Origin: an uncultured Planctomycetota bacterium
Lineage (GTDB): Bacteria; Planctomycetota; Planctomycetia; Gemmatales; Gemmataceae
Length of the DNA stretch: 64,000 bases
Direction of reading: 5' to 3'
Assembly (NCBI GenBank): GCA_963849325.1
Contig: CAWKHF010000004.1
Location: forward strand, 384,001-448,000
This document shows positions 21,455-32,018 of the stretch, piece after piece. The first letter of the stretch is position 1. Each line of letters starts with the position of its first letter. The translations under genes were made by a program, and so were the position numbers. Under the pieces are notes generated by a model. The model did no database searches. It saw nothing but the letters and a program-made list of their open reading frames with translations, and was not told the DNA's origin.

Positions 21455-23985
21455 ATGTCCACGCCTCATCCGCCACCAGACGCCGCCCTGCTGGAGAAAC
21501 TGCTGCTGGGCCAACTGCCGCCCGCCGAGGCGGAGTCGCTGTGCGAACAACTCCACAACAGCGAGCAATTCGCCGCCCTGGCCCAAACACTCATCGCCTC
21601 GGACACGCTTATCGAGGCGCTCCGCGCTCAGGCCGGCCATCCGACGCCGCGCCCCGATGCGCGCCTGGAGGCACTGATGGCCCGCCTGAGCAAATTGCGG
21701 CCGGACCTGTCCGGCGTGGACGCCGATCGCACGGCGGCGATCGGATCTGCGGCCGGCGGCACGCCGATCGCATTTCTCAGTCCCGCTCGGCAGCCCGATG
21801 AGATGGGCCGGCTCGGCGATTATCGCATCTTGAAGGTGCTCGGCCAGGGCGGCATGGGCGTCGTCTTTCTGGCCGAGGACGTGCGCCTGGGCCGGCGCGT
21901 CGCGCTGAAGACGATGCGGCCGGAAGCGGCGCAGCTGGCCAACGCCAAGCAGCGCTTCCTCCGCGAAGGCGCGGCACGGCGGCCATCGAGCACGATCACA
22001 TCATCTCCATCTTCCAGGTCGGCGAGGAGAACGGCGTACCCTTTTTGGCCATGCCGTTCTTGCGCGGCGAACCGCTCGACGAACGGCTCAAGCGTGCCGG
22101 CGGCGCGCCGCTGCCGCTGCGCGAGATCGTCCGCATCGGCCGCGAGGTTGCCGAGGGCCTGGCGGCAGCCCACGAACAAGGGCTGATCCACCGCGACATC
22201 AAGCCGACCAACGTCTGGCTGGAGGGCGAGCGCGGCCGCGTCAAGGTGCTCGATTTCGGCCTGGCCCGCGCCGCTCGCGAGGACACGCAGTTGACGCAGA
22301 CGGGCGCCATCGTCGGCACACCGGCGTACATGGCCCCCGAGCAGGCGCGCGGCGAGGCCGTCGATGCCCGCTGCGACCTGTTCAGTCTCGGCTGTCTGCT
22401 CTATCAGATGAGCACCGGCCAACGGCCGTTCAACGGCCCGGATACCATGTCCATCCTGATGAGCCTCGCCCTCGATCAGCCGACGCCGCCCAACCAGCGT
22501 AACGCGGAATTGCCGGCCGAATTGTCCGACCTCATCACGCGCTTGCTGGCCAAGGCGCCGGAAGATCGGCCGGCGTCGGCCCGCGCCGTCGCCAACGTCC
22601 TGGCCGCCATCGAACGGGGATTGCCGGACGCCACGATGGTTCCGTCGGCGAGCCGGGGTCCGGCCGTCGCCGTGTCCCAATCGGCGCGACCGCGGCGACG
22701 CTTGGCCGTGGCCGTCGCCGCGGCGCTGCTGCTGACCGGGGGACTGATCGCCGCCGTGGTCATCATTCGCGACAGGACGGGCAAGGAGGTGGCCCGCGTC
22801 AACGTGCCCGCTGGCGGCAGCGTCGTGGTTGAGACCGACGACAAGCAAAAACGGCCGGTGTCCGCTCCCTCGAAGCAACCCGACAAGGATACGCTGCTCC
22901 GCGAGAACAAGGCGGAAGGGAAGATCGAGGAGGCCTGGATCAAGCGAGTGGCCGCCTTGGAGCCGAAGAAGCAGGCTGCGGAAGTGGAGGCCGAACTCAA
23001 ACGGCGGAATGGCGGTTTTCTCGACAATTTTAGTTATCGAGCCGAGAAGGGAAATGTGGTCGAGGTCGGTATGTTCACGGACCATGTGACCGATCTGACA
23101 CCGCTACGGGCCTTGCCGCATTTGTCGCAGATAGGCTGTGCTGGCCGCCACCAGGGAAGCCTGAAGGATCTGTCGCCGCTGGCGGGGATGAAACTGAAAA
23201 AACTCTATTGCTACGGCAACCAAATCTCGGATCTATCGCCCCTGAAGGGAATGCCGCTCATCGTGCTTCATTGTGGGAATAACCCCATCACCAGTACGAG
23301 TCTGGCGTCTCTCGAAGGAATGCCGCTGGAGGATTTGGAACTCAGCAGTACTGGCGTCGAGAGTTTGTCTCCCTTGCGAGGCATGAAGTTAACCAAGTTT
23401 TCTTGCCGGGGGTGTGGTCGAGTGTCCGACCTTTCACCGCTGGAGGAGATGCCGTTGGAAGAATTGACTTGTTCATTCACACCGATCCGCAGTCTGGCTC
23501 CCTTAAAGGGGATGAAGCTCAAATGGCTCAACTGCGGTTGCACGAAGGTTCGCGATCTGTCGCCGCTGGCAGGAATGCCGCTGGAATTCTTGGATTGTGG
23601 GGCAACCAACGTGGTCAGTCTGGCACCGCTAAAAGGCATGAAGCTCAAAAATCTTCGTTGCGGTGCTACTCGAATCTCCGACTTGGCGCCGTTGGCCGGA
23701 ATGCCGCTGGAAACCTTGGCCTGCGAAGATACGCTGATTTCCAGTCTCGCCCCCCTGAAGGGAATGCTTCTGGAGTCATTGGTATGCGTCAACACGAACG
23801 TCTCGGACCTGTCGCCGTTGGCGGGCATGCCGCTCCTGGAAATCCGCTGCGACTTTAGGCCGGAGCGCGATGCTGCCGTCCTGCGCTCCCTCAAGACGCT
23901 CCAGAAGATCAACGGCAAGCCGGCGCCGGACTTTTGGAAGGAAGTGGAGGCCAAGGCGGCGAATGAGCCGGCCCGGACCAAGTAA
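21455..23985 (+). CDS. Ser/Thr kinase with a TM helix and C-terminal leucine-rich repeats (frameshift near 21970)
   Basis: [23 protein letters not shown]; ~21-aa LRR units ([13 protein letters not shown]). Confidence 0.92.
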
Positions 23986-24165
23986 GGCGTCGCGCCGTCA
24001 GAGCCCGCAGCGTTAGCGAGGGACAACGGTCAATCTTCGCGGACGCTGCGGACTCATGACTCGCTGACGCGCGGGTGATTCGACTGTCGCCGCGCCGCGC
24101 GGACAGCTACAATCGGGAGATATTGCAGGCGCTTCATTCCCTCTCGCCTGTCCGAAGGAGGCAGC

Positions 24166-24933
24166 GTGGAAAGCGAAACCGTCAATCCCGTGCAGCCGGC
24201 GCCCTTCGTTCCGCCCGCTGAGGAGGTCCATCCGCATTGGATACTGTCGCCGGAAGACATCCCCAACGTCGAGGATTTGGTCATCGAGGATGGCAAGCCT
24301 GTGGACAACCTGTTTGTCGAGAAGGAATATCGTCTGCTCACCGAGCCGTTGTACAGTTCGTGGACCTCGCCGAGCGGTGAGTTCTTGGCGGTGGCCAACG
24401 TCGGTCTGTTTTACGCTTACCGCGAGCCGCCGCTGGTGCCGGACATGATGCTCAGCCTGGGAGTGCCCGCTGGCCGCGATTTGACGCTGAAGGAAAATCG
24501 CTCTTACTTTACCTGGGTCATCGGCAAGCCGCCGGATGTGGTGATTGAGATTGTCTCCGACCTTCGCGGCGGCGAAGAGACGGACAAGATGATGGCCTAC
24601 GCGCGCATCGGCGTTACTTATTATGTCATTCACGATCCGCGAAATCGCTTGCACCATGGTCTCTTGCGAGCATTCAGTTTGCGCGACGGAGCGTATCAGC
24701 CGGTTGAAGCCTCGTGGTTGGAGCACGTTGGCCTCGGGTTGACGTTTTGGGAGGGCGAATTCCAAAGTCAACAACACCCGCGTTGGCTGCGCTGGTGCGA
24801 CCGCGATGGCGTGGTCCTCCCTACCGGCCAGGAACGCGCCGAACAGGCGGACCAACGCGCCGAACAAGAAAAACAACGCGCCGAGCGTTTGGCCGCTCAA
24901 CTCCGCGCCTTGGGAATCGAACCGGGTCCGTGA
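24166..24933 (+). CDS. Uma2 family (PD-(D/E)xK) endonuclease-like protein
   Basis: LVPDMML, PPDVVIEIVS, YYVIHDP; coiled-coil tail ERAEQ..LRALGIEP. Confidence 0.85.
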   Translation: MESETVNPVQPAPFVPPAEEVHPHWILSPEDIPNVEDLVIEDGKPVDNLFVEKEYRLLTEPLYSSWTSPSGEFLAVANVGLFYAYREPPLVPDMMLSLGVPAGRDLTLKENRSYFTWVIGKPPDVVIEIVSDLRGGEETDKMMAYARIGVTYYVIHDPRNRLHHGLLRAFSLRDGAYQPVEASWLEHVGLGLTFWEGEFQSQQHPRWLRWCDRDGVVLPTGQERAEQADQRAEQEKQRAERLAAQLRALGIEPGP

Positions 24934-24935
24934 AC

Positions 24936-25298
24936 ATGGAATCGCTTCATCTCTCGGACATCGCCCACGGCCGCAGTGGCGACAAGGGCAATCACGCCAA
25001 CATCGCCGTCATTGCCTACACGTCGCCGGGCTTCGCCTGGCTGCGCCAACACCTCACCGCCGATGTGGTCGGACAGTATTTCCACGCCCTGAATCCGTCG
25101 CGCATCGTTCGCTATGAGGCGGCGAACCTCCTCGCCTTGAACTTCCTGCTGTACGATGTGCTGGCGGGCGGCGCCAGCCGATCGCTGCGCATCGACACGC
25201 AGGGCAAGACGCTGGCCGTGACGCTGCTGCGCATGCCGCTGCCGCCCATCGACGACGTTGGCCCCATGCTTCGCCCCAAGGCGAGTATCCTTCCATGA
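24936..25298 (+). CDS. AtuA-related small protein
   Basis: AHGRSGDKGN, SLRIDTQGK. Confidence 0.85.
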   Translation: MESLHLSDIAHGRSGDKGNHANIAVIAYTSPGFAWLRQHLTADVVGQYFHALNPSRIVRYEAANLLALNFLLYDVLAGGASRSLRIDTQGKTLAVTLLRMPLPPIDDVGPMLRPKASILP

Positions 25299-26082
25299 GC
25301 GATGAACTGGTCCGCTACGAGACGCGATCTCCCGCCGTGCTCGTCACCCTCAACCGTCCCGATCGCCGCAACGCTCTCAGCCGCGGCCTGATCGCCGCGC
25401 TGACCGAGGCGTTCAGCCGAGCGCGCGAGGACACCGCGGCGCGCTGCGTCATCCTCACCGGGTCCGGCAACGCCTTCTGCGCCGGCATGGATCTGGCCGA
25501 GTTGCAAGAATCGTTGACGGCGGGAGGCGGTGAAGGTCCGGTCTGGGACGATGCCCTGCGGCTGGCGACGCTGTACGACCTGATTTACACGTTGCCCAAG
25601 CCGACCATCGCGGCGATCAACGGGGCGGCGGTGGCCGGCGGTGCGGGGTTGGTGTCCGTGTGCGATTTGGCCGTGGCGGTGCCGGAGGCGCGCTTCGGCT
25701 ACCCCGAGGTGCGCCGCGGTCTCGTGGCGGCGATGGTCATGCCGCACCTGCTACGCCACGTCGGCGAACGCACGGCTCGCCATCTGCTGCTGACCGGCGA
25801 ACTGATCGACGCCGAGGAAGCGTACCGGGTCGGTTTGGTCAACGCGGTGGCGCCGGCGGAGCAACTGCTGCCGCGCGCCTGGCGTGGGCGCATTCCATGG
25901 CCGAGGGTGGGCCGATCGCCCTGGCGCGTACCAAGGATTTACTACATCTATTTACTCGTCAATCACTGTCGCTGCAAGAAGCGGCGAAGGCCAGTGCCGC
26001 GCCGCGCTTGACCGACGAGTGCCGTCAGGGACTGGAAGCGTTCTTCCACAAGCGGCCGGCACCGTGGGCGCCGGGGTACTAA
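25295..26082 (+). CDS. Enoyl-CoA hydratase/isomerase (frameshift near 25880)
   Basis: LNRPDRRNALS, FCAGMDL, PKPTIAAINGAAVAGG, PEVRRG. Confidence 0.9.
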
Positions 26083-26110
26083 ACGCCCCGCTTGCCTTTC
26101 CCCAAGCCGT

Positions 26111-27757
26111 TCATGGGCACAGTGTCCGTTCGGTTTGAGCCAGACGGAACACCTTCCCCCAACGATTCACCAGAAATCGTCCGTCCGGAGTGAGGAAAAA
26201 CTCACCCCGCACGGGTCCGTTGGCATCGGACAGGGCCATGCTGACGTGGGGTGGGATGCTCCACTTGTGGCCGCGCAGGAGCAGGACGTCGAGGTGATTG
26301 GAGATCACCGAAGACGTGCCGACGTAAAGACGCGACTGGTCCGGGGCCATGCGCAGGTAAATCCGGCCGTGCAGTTTGGCGCTCCATCTCTGGACCGCCA
26401 TCCGCGGATGGTTCAGTTCCAATCGAGTCAGATAGGTCCACTGTCCCTGTTCGCCCAGGTACACGCGCCCGTGGTTGTCGGCCACGACCGAGGAAAAGTC
26501 CGCCTTCATGTCCACACGCCGGCGCACGCTCAGGGTCGCCGGATCGATGTCGAATAGCTCGGTGCCGCCCGCCGCGTAAAGCGTGCGGCCGTCCGGCGTC
26601 AGACACAGGGCGCGGGTCGGGGCCGGCAACGAGAGCCTGCCGTCCTCGGCCTGCCGTTCGGCGTCGATGCGGCCGAGGTGGACGTGCGAACCCACACGAG
26701 CCAGGTAGAACAGCCAACGGCGATCGGGCGTGGCGAGGAGTTCCTTGACCTCGGCTTGCAAGGGCAGCACACGGCAAGGATGCAGGCGTTCCTCCGCCCG
26801 GTATTGGCCGAGCCGGGCGGGGTCGATGTCGTAGACGTGCAGGTCGCCACGGCCCGAAGGCCGGTCGCCGCCGCGATTGACGCCGAGGGTGTGCGGCTCG
26901 CAGACCGCCAGCCACAACCGGCCGCGCCGGCCATCCGCGACGGCCCGATACGCCGGCCGATCGAGCCGGTAGGTCGCTTGTAGGCGGAAATCGGGATAGG
27001 AGAATGCTTCAAGGAGCCCGATGCCGTAGTGACGAATGCGGCTCGCGTCTCGCCCGCAACGCCCAACGACAGCATGTCGCCCAGGCCCGTGACATATCGC
27101 AACTCGGCGGGGGGCGGATAACCCGATGCAGTCGTCACAGGCCCGGGGCGCGACCATGCCCCCGCGCGAGCCTGCGAATTGGGCGACGATGGAGGATGGG
27201 AGGTCGGCCCCGCCCAGGACGCGGGCTGGCTGGCGACCACCGCTGTGGGCGAGGGAGACTCGCCCGCATTCAACAGAGGAATAGTCAGGGCCAAGCCGTG
27301 GCCGAGGAGGGCCAGGGAAAGGGATGTGGCCACGCGGGCCGACAGCGACCACCGGCCGCGCTGGGCCAGAAGCAGACACACGGCGCCCAGCCCGACACCC
27401 AGGCCGGCCCAGAGGACGCTGTGGCCGATCCACAGCAGCAGACCGAGGGCCAGGACCATCGGCGCCAGCAGCAACCAGGGAAGCAGGAAACGGCCGGACG
27501 ACGACCCCGAGGAAGATGGCGTCTCCAGGGCGCGGCATGGCTTCCGGCTCGATGGGACGGCGGCGCACGCAGCGCCGGACGCGAACCCGTCGGGGGACGC
27601 AAGGGTCGGACAGCACGGGGCTGGCCGGCTCCGCGGTATGCGCCTCGGGGACAACCAGCGCGGCGTCACAGGCCGGACACCGAACCGTCCGGCCCTGGTA
27701 ACATCCCCGCACGCGCAACGAACACTGACAGCGAGCGCAGCTGAAGGTGGAAAGCAT
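26111..27757 (-). CDS. Hypothetical protein with N-terminal Zn ribbon, TM helices and a beta-propeller-like C-terminus (frameshifted)
   Basis: CARC..CPAC; hydrophobic segments in an alternate frame; TPDG-type blade motifs. Confidence 0.55.
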   Translation of the reverse strand: MLSTFSCARCQCSLRVRGCYQGRTVRCPACDAALVVPEAHTAEPASPVLSDPCVPRRVRVRRCVRRRPIEPEAMPRPGDAIFLGVVVRPFPASLVAAGADGPGPRSAAVDRPQRPLGRPGCRAGRRVSASGPARPVVAVGPRGHIPFPGPPRPRLGPDYSSVECGRVSLAHSGGRQPARVLGGADLPSSIVAQFAGSRGGMVAPRACDDCIGLSAPRRVAICHGPGRHAVVGRCGRDASRIRHYGIGLLEAFSYPDFRLQATYRLDRPAYRAVADGRRGRLWLAVCEPHTLGVNRGGDRPSGRGDLHVYDIDPARLGQYRAEERLHPCRVLPLQAEVKELLATPDRRWLFYLARVGSHVHLGRIDAERQAEDGRLSLPAPTRALCLTPDGRTLYAAGGTELFDIDPATLSVRRRVDMKADFSSVVADNHGRVYLGEQGQWTYLTRLELNHPRMAVQRWSAKLHGRIYLRMAPDQSRLYVGTSSVISNHLDVLLLRGHKWSIPPHVSMALSDANGPVRGEFFLTPDGRFLVNRWGKVFRLAQTERTLCP

Positions 27758-28078
27758 ACCGTTCTTCCTCGAACGGAGTTCGCGGTGGACTTCCCGAGAT
27801 CAAAACACAATCTGACGTCACCGCCAGGGCTGGGACGACCGCAGGCGGAGGGCGCGAGTCTCGCCGGTCAATTGTGAGTTTGATACTACAGCACTCTCTC
27901 CGCTGGGTCCAGCATTATTTTGATCCGGGTTAGTAAATTGGGGTCCGAGGCGAAAGCGTCCGCGAAGGTGGCCATGCCTTCTTCCGGCTCGGAGGAAGGT
28001 GGTCCGCTGAACGACGCCGAGGCCGCTTCATATGAAAACAAGGTGGCCCCGCAAACGGTCGCCCCCAGAGGAAATGTC

Positions 28079-28450
28079 GTGCCCTCGCTTGATGCCCCCT
28101 CGGCCGAGCAACTCGAGACCTTCGCCAATCCCCAGCCCGGCCGGGATTACACCATCGAAATCGTCTGTCCCGAATTCACCAGCCTGTGTCCCAAGACCGG
28201 CCAACCGGACTTCGGCACCATCACCTTCACCTATACGCCCGGCCCGCTGTGCGTCGAGCTGAAATCGCTGAAGCTCTACTTGCAGTGCTACCGCAACCAG
28301 GGCGCTTTCTACGAAACGGTCGTCAATCGTCTGCTCGACGATTTTGTGACGGCGTGCCGGCCGGCGAGCTGCCGCGTGGTCGGCGCCTTCACGCCGCGCG
28401 GCGGCATCACCACCACGGTCACTTGCCAATATGAAGCGAAGAAAGGTTAA
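28079..28450 (+). CDS. queF: NADPH-dependent 7-cyano-7-deazaguanine reductase (preQ1 synthase)
   Basis: EFTSLCPKTGQPDF, VELKSLKLYL, PRGGI. Confidence 0.95.
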   Translation: MPSLDAPSAEQLETFANPQPGRDYTIEIVCPEFTSLCPKTGQPDFGTITFTYTPGPLCVELKSLKLYLQCYRNQGAFYETVVNRLLDDFVTACRPASCRVVGAFTPRGGITTTVTCQYEAKKG

Positions 28451-28576
28451 CCCAATGGCGAACGGCCGGCGTTAGCCGGCTGGTTGGCGGCCCCAACCAG
28501 CCGGCTACGCCGGCCGTTCGCCCAAAAGGTTAGGGGCTCGAAGCCGCAAGTAGCTGCGGGACAGCCTCGGTGAGCG

Positions 28577-28822
28577 TCATGCTTTTTTCTGGAGTCGGGC
28601 GCCGACCGTCTTGAGCATCGACGACTCGTCGGGAAACTCTTTGGTCTTGAGTTTCGAGTAGATCAGCTCGCCATTGACGGTCAACTCAAAGCATCCGCCG
28701 CTGGAGGGAATCAGCTTCAAGTCCTTGATCTGTTGCTTGAAGGTGGTCAGCAACTTGGTCGTCAGACTGACGGCCTGCGGCTCGTAGTTTCACATGGCGC
28801 AGTAGCGCAACTCCAGGTGCAT
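28577..28822 (-). CDS. SelW/SelT/SelH (Rdx) family selenoprotein, 81 aa, with in-frame UGA at codon 11
   Basis: Manual translation MHLELRYCAM-U-NYEPQAVSL...LIPSSGGCFELTVNGELIYSKLKTKEFPD; AAGGAG RBS; hairpin downstream of the UGA. Confidence 0.88.
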
Positions 28823-28962
28823 GACATTCTCCTTTCCGATCCGTGTGGCGTCCCGGCCCGCTCCGGCGGCGCCGGTTGACGCGGAATCATTCGTTCACTG
28901 GTATTATTATAGTAGATCGCGTTCCGAACATTGTCGAATGCGGCAGGTCCATCAACCGGAGG

Positions 28963-29613
28963 GTGGAGAACATTCCATGCCGCCGACCGTTTCCGCCGAC
29001 CGTCATCGTCCGCCATACGCACGAGAACCCGCGGAAGTGCTCGGTACTACCGTTGCGCGGCCGGCCCGATGTGGTGTTTTTGACCTACCCGGTCCCGGAG
29101 CGGCCCGCCCTGGATGATTACGTCCGCCTGGCCGCGGAAGGGCCGCCGCTATCGCTAGCCGACGCCGGCCGGGGCTTGCTGCTGCTGGACGGCAGCTGGC
29201 GCTGGGCCGCCGCCATGACGCGCGACTTCCTCGACGTTCCGCCGCGTTCGCTGCACGGCTGGCGCACCGCTTACCCGCGCGTGTCCAAGCTCGGCACCGA
29301 TCCGGACAACGGACTGGCCTCCATCGAGGCTCTCTTCGTCGCCTATCACCTGCTCGGCCGGCCCACGGCGGGATTGCTCGATCACTACTACTGGGCGGAG
29401 GCGTTTCGGGAAGCCAACGGGCTTGTAGCAGACGTTCTGAAAAAAAGAAGGACATTTCCCGGGCGAAATAGTGCCGTTAACCGTGCTTGCCGTGACCGGA
29501 GCCTCGGCCCCCGCCATGAGCCACACCGTGGCCTCCGCCGCCATTGCCCGAACCCTTCGCTGAGCCTTTACTTTTGCCCTGTCCTCCGCCATTGCCGTTC
29601 TCAGCCAGCCTGA
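28963..29613 (+). CDS. DUF367/Tsr3-like aminocarboxypropyltransferase homologue (both ends uncertain)
   Basis: ENPRKCSV, LLDGSW, RSL..TAYPR, LASIEAL resemble Tsr3 motifs. Confidence 0.7.
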   Translation: MENIPCRRPFPPTVIVRHTHENPRKCSVLPLRGRPDVVFLTYPVPERPALDDYVRLAAEGPPLSLADAGRGLLLLDGSWRWAAAMTRDFLDVPPRSLHGWRTAYPRVSKLGTDPDNGLASIEALFVAYHLLGRPTAGLLDHYYWAEAFREANGLVADVLKKRRTFPGRNSAVNRACRDRSLGPRHEPHRGLRRHCPNPSLSLYFCPVLRHCRSQPA

Positions 29614-29816
29614 GCCGCTGCCCGAACTGGAACCGTTGCCGCGGGCGACGAAGGCGGAGTCGGCCTGAGTGACGGTGTTGTTGGCGTTGGTGCCGAGGTT
29701 TTGGACCGAGGCGAAAACAACGGCGACGATCAGCGACAGCAGGACGGCATATTCGACTGAGCTGACGCCGTTTCGGTGCGAAGAAATCGGAACAGGGCGG
29801 TGCGGCACGCGGTCAT
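29477..29816 (-). CDS. Flp-type (type IVb/c) pilin with a Gly/His-rich tail (two apparent frameshifts)
   Basis: MTACRTALFRFLRTE / GVSSVEYAVLLSLIVAVVFASVQNLG; GGAGAG RBS. Confidence 0.75.
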
Positions 29817-29933
29817 GATTCTCTCCCTTTTCCGTTGACGGGTTCTGCCTGCGCAGGGGATCACCCGGAAAAAGAAAGACCCCTACACGTCGGTTGACGT
29901 ATACGGGTCCGAGAATGCGTGCAGTGCCGATCT

Positions 29934-30035
29934 GATCCGTTCGGTAACCTGGCGACCCCCGCGAGCCATCGTCGACTCGCCCGGGCCCATGGCTTTGCGT
30001 CCCCGCCTCACGACGGGTTTGCCTTTGTCGAGGAA
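29934..30035 (-). promoter_or_regulatory. c-di-GMP-I (GEMM) riboswitch
   Basis: Minus strand AAAGGCAAACCCGTC-GTGA-GGCGGGGACGCAAAGCCATGGGCCC...GTCGCCAGGTTACCGAA matches the GEMM consensus. Confidence 0.85.
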
Positions 30036-30272
30036 AAGAGGTTACTCGCCTCTCTGCCGGCGGGAGCGTTGTCTCGGTCCCGCGAGCGATCCCCGTGAAC
30101 GCTAACGACACAACCCTAGGTCCGGATGCCCAGCGCGTCAAACGCACACCGCGCTTTTTCCGCACGATGGAAACGATGGCTACCTTCCTCGTGGTCCCGA
30201 CCTTTCGCCACAACGGCGAAATCGGCATAGAACATCCAGGCCGTCTGTGTCCTGCGCCGGAGTGTCCCTGTC

Positions 30273-30833
30273 ATGTCACCGCCGCGGTTCGTGCCGGATG
30301 TCCCCTTCCCGCCGTACACGTTCGTGCCGGGCCGTTCGCCGCATCCGATCCGCGACCCGGAGGGCCATCTCTTCGGCAAACCTCCCGACGCGCCGCCGCC
30401 CCTCGACCCGGCACACTGGGGCGAGAGCCAGGCCTATCTGCGCGGCGTGGACCTGTTCAACCACGGCTATTACTGGGAGGCGCATGAGGTGTGGGAGGGA
30501 CTGTGGCACGCGGCGGGGCGGGCCGGAGTCACCGGCGACTTCCTGCGGGGACTGATCAAGTTGGCTGCCGCCGGCGTCAAGGTGCGCCAGGGCCAGCCGC
30601 GCGGCGTCGCCAGCCATGCCGGTGGAGCGGCCGTCCACTTCCGCGACATCGCCCGGCAGCTCGGCGGCGAAGAGACTTGCCACCTCGGACTCCGCCTGAC
30701 CGATCTCGTTGCGTTCGCGGAGCGAATCGAACAGCGCGCGGCATCCGTCCGTACGGACGAGGACGACGGCGTCAAGGTAGTCTTTGACTTCGTCTTGCAC
30801 CCTTCCGCCCCGGCGCAACCGTTGCCGGATTGA
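30273..30833 (+). CDS. DUF309 family protein
   Basis: GVDLFNHGYYWEAHEVWEGLW, LRGLIKLAAA. Confidence 0.88.
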   Translation: MSPPRFVPDVPFPPYTFVPGRSPHPIRDPEGHLFGKPPDAPPPLDPAHWGESQAYLRGVDLFNHGYYWEAHEVWEGLWHAAGRAGVTGDFLRGLIKLAAAGVKVRQGQPRGVASHAGGAAVHFRDIARQLGGEETCHLGLRLTDLVAFAERIEQRAASVRTDEDDGVKVVFDFVLHPSAPAQPLPD

Positions 30834-30925
30834 TACACTCTAACCAGATGCCCACGCGGCCGGGCGCGGTGGTTGCCCTGGACCGCCGGCCGAAAACAAC
30901 CTACCGCCGCAGGAGTATTCTCGAC

Positions 30926-31802
30926 ATGAAGCAGACCGCCATCGTTCTCCTCACTACCCTCGTCCTGACCCATGCCGGGGCGGCGGCCGAGCCGGCCAAG
31001 CTCGTCAAGCCGACCAACCTGTCCATCAACACCAAGGCCGACGAAGTCGATCCGTTCCTGTCCAGCAGCGGGCTAACGCTGTGGTACGCCTCCAACGCCG
31101 CAGGCAAGTTCGACATCATGCTGGCCCAGCGAAAAAGTGCCGTGAGCGCCTGGAGCAAGGGTCGGCCGCTCGAAGATTACGTTCAGACCAAGGTGGATGA
31201 CCGCGGCGTGTGTCTCACCCGCGACGGTTCCTATCCTCAATACCTCTATTACGCCACCAAGAAGGACGAGCAGACCAAGAACTTCGACCTTTACGTGGCG
31301 GTCAAGCAAAGCCGCACCGGCTCCTTCACGGAGCCGACGCCGGTCAACGCGGCGGACTCGGAAGCCGACGAGATGAACCCCTTCCTGACGCGAGACGGCA
31401 AGCAACTCTACTTCAGCCGCAAGACCGAGGCCGGTTGGCGCGTCTTCGTCACCCAACGGACGCAAGCGACCGGCGCAAGGATTCGGCGAGCCGGCCCGGA
31501 TCGAGGATCTGCCGCCCGATTTTCACCACGTCTCCCTGACGACCGACGGCAAGACCATGTACTTGCAAGGGCCGCTCGACAAGGGCCGCGTCGGCCTGTT
31601 CACGGCGACGAAGACCGTCAAAGGCTGGAGCACGCCGGAACCGCTGACCATGCTCAACCACCCCGAGGCGCCCAAGGGCGATGGCGCGCCGGCGCTGAGC
31701 GCGGATGGCAACCTGCTGTACTTCGCCTCCGACCGTCCCGGCGGCAAAGGCGGCTTCGATATCTGGGCGGTGCCGACGGCACTGCTGAAGAGAAAGAAGT
31801 GA
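30926..31802 (+). CDS. Secreted PD40/TolB-like beta-propeller protein (frameshift near 31478)
   Basis: Signal peptide; PFLSSSGLTLWYASN, PALSADGNLLYFASDRPGGKGGFDIW. Confidence 0.85.
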
Positions 31803-32018
31803 ATGGGTTTCGCCGCGCAGGGGAGCACGAACGCACTCTCCTGCGCGGCGCGGCGGAACAAAGTTGGTTTAGGACAAGCCCCCTGCGGAACGCGATGCCT
31901 CCAGATTATTTATTTTCCCTATTGACAACTCTCCATGCGCGCGTGACAAAAGAAGGTGAACTAACTCGCTCTCTCTCCGGTCTTTGTCGTTTCTTTGTCC
32001 CCCCTCAGGAGAGTCTCC

